DNA of 63,870 bases, filler included, from Aduncisulcus paluster (lineage: Eukaryota): assembly GCA_024181965.1 (NCBI GenBank). It is 5 parts of 5 records of this genome, joined end to end, with 100 filler letters (N's around TTAATTAATTAA, not from the genome) between each part and the next. Parts side by side here need not be neighbours in the genome. Positions count along the whole stretch, not along the records: positions 54,497 to 60,358 come from BQXS01012486.1; positions 60,459 to 63,870 come from BQXS01012500.1; 3 more parts are not named here. One strand, given 5' to 3'. Shown here piece after piece: positions 59,796 through 63,870 of this stretch. The notes below the pieces were generated by a model that was given only the letters and a program-made list of their open reading frames with translations, did not search any database and was not told the origin of the DNA. A program made the position numbers and the translations under genes. The first letter of the stretch is position 1, and every line of letters starts with the position of its first letter.

Positions 59796-59975
59796 TTATT
59801 TCTTGATTCCTAATAATTCAACATCAAATATGAGAGTGGAATCAGGTGGAATCGCCAGCTCCACGGCCTGTGACATGGGCACCATAACCATAATCAGGAT
59901 CGATTTGATTACAATCGTGGCTCTTTCACCAACACTTAATGTAAGAAAGGCTTCATCCCAACCACTGATAATCAG
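59796..59975 (-). pseudogene. FKBP-type peptidyl-prolyl isomerase C-terminal fragment
   Basis: IISGWDEAFLTLSVGERATIVI and IPPDSTLIFDVELLGI. The intervening DPDYGYG..RGAG is in another frame, and no N-terminal half is evident. Confidence 0.75.
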
Positions 59976-60358
59976 GAATTGGCATTGGATATAGAGTTGG
60001 AGTTGGAATTGGAGTTGGAGCGGATTCAAAACTAACGATATCACTTTCCATGATTGCCACGTTGTCAATCTAGGGTGAAATAGCGCAAAGCTCAGTATTG
60101 GATGATCAGGATCTGGCATTGGAGTTGGAGTTGGAGTTGGGGAGGAAGAAATGTCATGTTCCATGAAGCATCAGGGGATTAGATTCGTAGAAGTATACAT
60201 ACACATGTATACCATCGTATTCCGAGTTCTTGATATTTTTGATTGTAAGCAAAACCAAGTGAAAATGAACAGAAAGGCAAGGATAAGGATAGAAATGAAA
60301 TGGAAATATATCCATGTTATTGAATAGCATTGAAATCGTTCGTAAATGTTCTTAACAC

Positions 60359-60458
60359 NNNNNNNNNNNNNNNNNNNNNNNNNNNNNNNNNNNNNNNNNN
60401 NNTTAATTAATTAANNNNNNNNNNNNNNNNNNNNNNNNNNNNNNNNNNNNNNNNNNNN
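60359..60458. other. Artificial scaffold linker
   Basis: N44-TTAATTAATTAA-N44. Confidence 0.97.
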
Positions 60459-60459
60459 T

Positions 60460-61332
60460 ACTCAGTGCTACTTAGTAGGTCGTAAAAGGAAGCGTGGCAG
60501 AAAAGGAAAAGGGAATGGTAAATACCGTAAGAGTGAAAAGTTTATTGAACATGGACGTATTGCAAAGGGTGTCCAAATTGCTCTGCAGAAATCTCTCCCT
60601 GTGGATGCAAACACTGCCTCGGCAGCCATTGGCGTACAACATCCAGATCTTCCTTCTGGAGTTGCCCCCTTTGAACACATCCCAAGTGATACTCCCCCCC
60701 TCATTATTACTGCCTCTGACATCATCGAATCAGCAAAAAAGCAGCCCCTTCTATCGCATGGTGGTCTGTCGGGCATCCCTTCCGATGTCTGGCGCTCTGT
60801 CCTTATGGATAAAGCTTCTGCAGAGACTTTTGCCTTTATGTCTTCGTACTTTGTATCAAATCCCTCTGTCCTCCCCAATTTCCTCTCGAGTAAGGTCTTT
60901 GCCCTGCGTAAACCTCGCTCAACGAACATGTTTTCGACGCAAAGTTACAGGACAATTGCTATGGCTGAAATTCCTCTCAGGATTCTCCATCGTGATATTC
61001 TAGCCAAGCTTGGTACACCATGCCACCCCTGTCAATATGGTGACGGTGTGCCAGACGGCGCCCTCAAAGCTGCTTATCATGTTTTATTATGTATCGCTCT
61101 ATGTGATCAAACACAAAAACCAATTCGAATTCTACAAATTGACTCATCCAATGCCTTCAACACTCTCTCAAAAAACTGTATTATGGAGAGCCTTCGTCGT
61201 AAAAATGTCAACTCGACTCTCCAGAACTATATCTCCTTCTTTCTCTCCAACCAGCCTCGTTACGTGGTTAATAATGACGGCTCTCTCACTCACATTGTAT
61301 CCCCTCGTGGTGCACCTGGTTCACAACTCTGA
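60460..61332 (+). mobile_element. Truncated non-LTR retrotransposon reverse transcriptase (CRE/R2-like RLE group)
   Basis: Frame is open from the scaffold edge: GLSG, ALRK...YRTIAMAE..LR, QYG.GVPDG, QIDSSNAFNTL, then PRGAPGSQL*. It stops at the expected GxxQG position, with no YxDD. Confidence 0.8.
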
Positions 61333-62380
61333 TATATCAATGAAGAATGTGGTGCCCTACGGCGTTATTTTTATTATTCATCAATAATATAGACAAATAG
61401 TAATAATAAATTTAGAGAACCTGTTTAGATCTAAGAAGAATCAAAACTTTTGAACTTCATTGAAGTTACTTCAAGGCTTCAAGTACAACGGGAAATAATC
61501 ATTTTTCATATACCATATTACGATATTACAAATATATATACATTTTTAATAAATTTCATTGTCAATATATTGCCAACAAACATAAATGGCCGATTTGACG
61601 CTAAACTACGATTTTTCTGATAATTTAAATGATCATTCCTTTAAGAAAGGATATGTGTACGCGTGTTTATGATGTTGTATTTGTTATTACATCTCTCATT
61701 CAAAAATTAATCCGTATTGACCATAATTTCACAACTGAGGATCAAATAGGCTCAAGTACAGACTCACTTGATTGTATTCCCTCTATAGATTGAAAGATAT
61801 GGCAGATATTTTCTCCTCTGAACAGTATAACAATATAATACCGTGTATATTAATTTACGTATCTGATGATACTCTTAGCCAAAAGGAAAAGATATATTTA
61901 GTTACCTCATGAATAGACTCAGTTATTAATGTAAAGAAACCCGGGCTATAATGAACTTATTGGTGCTTTGTTGACTAGGACTGGAAGAAACACCATATGT
62001 ATATATATCTAGTTAAAATATTCGATTTCTTCTTTGATTAGCTTTCTCTTTGCTTATAGGTTATATTCATTGCTTAGAATACGACAAATTAAGACAAATA
62101 AGATTCGAAACATCCTCTTAGAGAAATTTCAATCTTGAGGGAAACATACAATTCGATTAATTCCAAAATATAAAATATAAAAATGACTATATATTGCTTC
62201 AATTATTTTATTGTGATTTTTCTTTTCATCTTTTTTTTTCATCTTTTTCATCTGCGCCAACTTTCGATTTGACCTGAAAACGTATGTATTTTCTATTTTG
62301 AATTTTGAATTTCACTCTTTTTTTCAATTTTATTCTGTCGCTTTTAACAATATTTCTGATTTAATTACATATTTTTTTCT

Positions 62381-63870
62381 ATGCCTAGAAAACCTATCAT
62401 GTCACCAAGACAACCGATTTATGCGAAAAGATTTGGTGATACCAACAAACTCAAAGGCAATTCAATAATCAGTTGTGAATTATCTGAGATTTTTAAGGAG
62501 ACATCTCTCGTTTGTCCTAATCAGCTCCCAAATCATGGTGGTATTTCTTGTAGAAACCGAAAAAAAGAAATATCCATGCAAAAAAACAACCCAAAAAATA
62601 CCATTAATGCCGTTTTTTCTCTTCCAAATGATCATTTCTCTCTGTTTCCAGAAAATGAATGTTGTGATCTATCTTGCAACAAGAAAATGTTCTCGCACAG
62701 AAAAACTGATACAAATGATCCATTTACTACATCCAGTTGTCATTTGACATACTCTCCACTTGTCAAAAGCGTTTCATTGGGTCATATGTGCTACAATAAG
62801 TTGTCTCTTCTTCTCAACAGTGTGTATCGTTTTATCATCATTATATTGGTTGTTATGCTTATGTTTTCTGTTGTTAATGCTGAAGACGTAACATTCACCG
62901 ATGATGCTATTCATGATGGCGTTTGTGATGCCTTGGATGCTGCTTCTGGATGTACTGTAACCGATACACAACTTGAAACCATTACAACACTCACAGCTTA
63001 CAATGTAGAGACTTTAAGTGATCTAACAGGAGCCTTGAGTCTTGAAACCGTGATAATTAGAGGAGTAAGCAGTGGAATAGCCATTGGAAATACAGATGTG
63101 GCTTACCTGAACAGTTCATCATCTTCACTACTCTCCTTGACTTTAAATCACGTGAATCTTGAGAGTGACACCGATTTCTCGTCATTCACTTCCTTGACGA
63201 CATTGTCTCTTCACAACAATGGTCTATCCGATTTGTCATCCATCGTATTTCCATCTTCCGTAGTATCCCTTGACATGAGCGGCAACTTGATTCCAAGTGG
63301 TACCGATTTATCATCATTGGATTCGGTGGTAAAACTGGATCTGAGTAACAATGGACTGAATGATCTGTCTTCACTTACCTTCCCCAGTAATGTGACGAGA
63401 TTATCCTTGCACAACAATGGTATATCTGATCTGACTAACATCACCTTCCCTCCCAATATTACAACGCTTGATCTGAGTGTCAACTCCATCTCTGATGCGT
63501 CTCCCTTAACTTCCCTATCATCCACACTGACGACGCTCAACCTTGAGTACAATGACCTGTGTGCAATGAAAAGTGCGGAGATTGCAACGTTTGAGGCCAA
63601 CTTCACCGGTGGCTCTCTTGATTTCTCTTTCGACAGCATCTGTGAGGAAGCTTCTTCTTTGTGTGCCCAGCGTATCTATAACACTGACAACATGGATTGC
63701 AACGAAGTGTATCCCTATCGCTATGCTGCCGAATGTATCGATGGATATTACTTGAAAAAGAAAACATACACTTGTGTTGCTATCCCCGACAGTAATACGA
63801 ATTGCTCCTCCTGCACTGGATCGAATTACATGACAGGGAAGCAGATGTGTATTCTTGGGTACAGTAGCAG
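62381..63870 (+). CDS. Leucine-rich-repeat plus Cys-rich surface/secreted protein (runs off the window; absent from the ORF track)
   Basis: Manual translation is open from ATG 62381 to the end. It reads FIIIILVVMLMFSVVNA|EDVTFTD..I...VC..L, then LTTLSLHNNGLSDLS, VVKLDLSNNGLNDLS and ITTLDLSVNSISD, then C-rich ECIDGYYL...C. The start may be ATG 62786. Confidence 0.85.
   Translation, partial: MPRKPIMSPRQPIYAKRFGDTNKLKGNSIISCELSEIFKETSLVCPNQLPNHGGISCRNRKKEISMQKNNPKNTINAVFSLPNDHFSLFPENECCDLSCNKKMFSHRKTDTNDPFTTSSCHLTYSPLVKSVSLGHMCYNKLSLLLNSVYRFIIIILVVMLMFSVVNAEDVTFTDDAIHDGVCDALDAASGCTVTDTQLETITTLTAYNVETLSDLTGALSLETVIIRGVSSGIAIGNTDVAYLNSSSSSLLSLTLNHVNLESDTDFSSFTSLTTLSLHNNGLSDLSSIVFPSSVVSLDMSGNLIPSGTDLSSLDSVVKLDLSNNGLNDLSSLTFPSNVTRLSLHNNGISDLTNITFPPNITTLDLSVNSISDASPLTSLSSTLTTLNLEYNDLCAMKSAEIATFEANFTGGSLDFSFDSICEEASSLCAQRIYNTDNMDCNEVYPYRYAAECIDGYYLKKKTYTCVAIPDSNTNCSSCTGSNYMTGKQMCILGYSS

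Noticed and set aside
1..63870. CRISPR arrays, rRNA/tRNA genes, prokaryotic operons or defence systems
   Set aside because: None seen; the repeats are coding or low-complexity, and the genes are eukaryotic with introns.

Overview
AT-rich, gene-dense eukaryotic (protist) draft-genome sequence using the standard genetic code. The gene content and expanded families recall a Carpediemonas-like fornicate such as Aduncisulcus; that is inference, not verified. The window is five unrelated scaffolds joined by artificial N44-TTAATTAATTAA-N44 linkers (1-15436, 15537-43049, 43150-54396, 54497-60358, 60459-63870). Three 20-N gaps are each flanked by a duplicated overlap; two of them split a single gene into two ORFs. 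Recognisable genes: TSR1, SFT2, ELP1, an atypical two-DBD E2F, ERD2, BUB2/cdc16, IFT46, DP, an FlK-type thioesterase with a candidate organellar presequence, a degenerate kinesin, ribophorin I, a MAN1/Src1-like nuclear-envelope protein, AP-2 alpha, a WBP2-like protein, syntaxin-5, an ERK7-like MAPK, an FKBP relic, a non-LTR RT fragment and an LRR/Cys-rich surface protein missed by the ORF track. Six short 5'-proximal GT-AG introns were located. The most notable signal is a lineage-specific modular family set: a ~2730-aa protein kinase fused to five ~345-aa helical repeats, and a ~184-aa beta-rich repeat domain with variable aromatic loops present on three scaffolds. The sequence shows traces of shuffling between these two modules.
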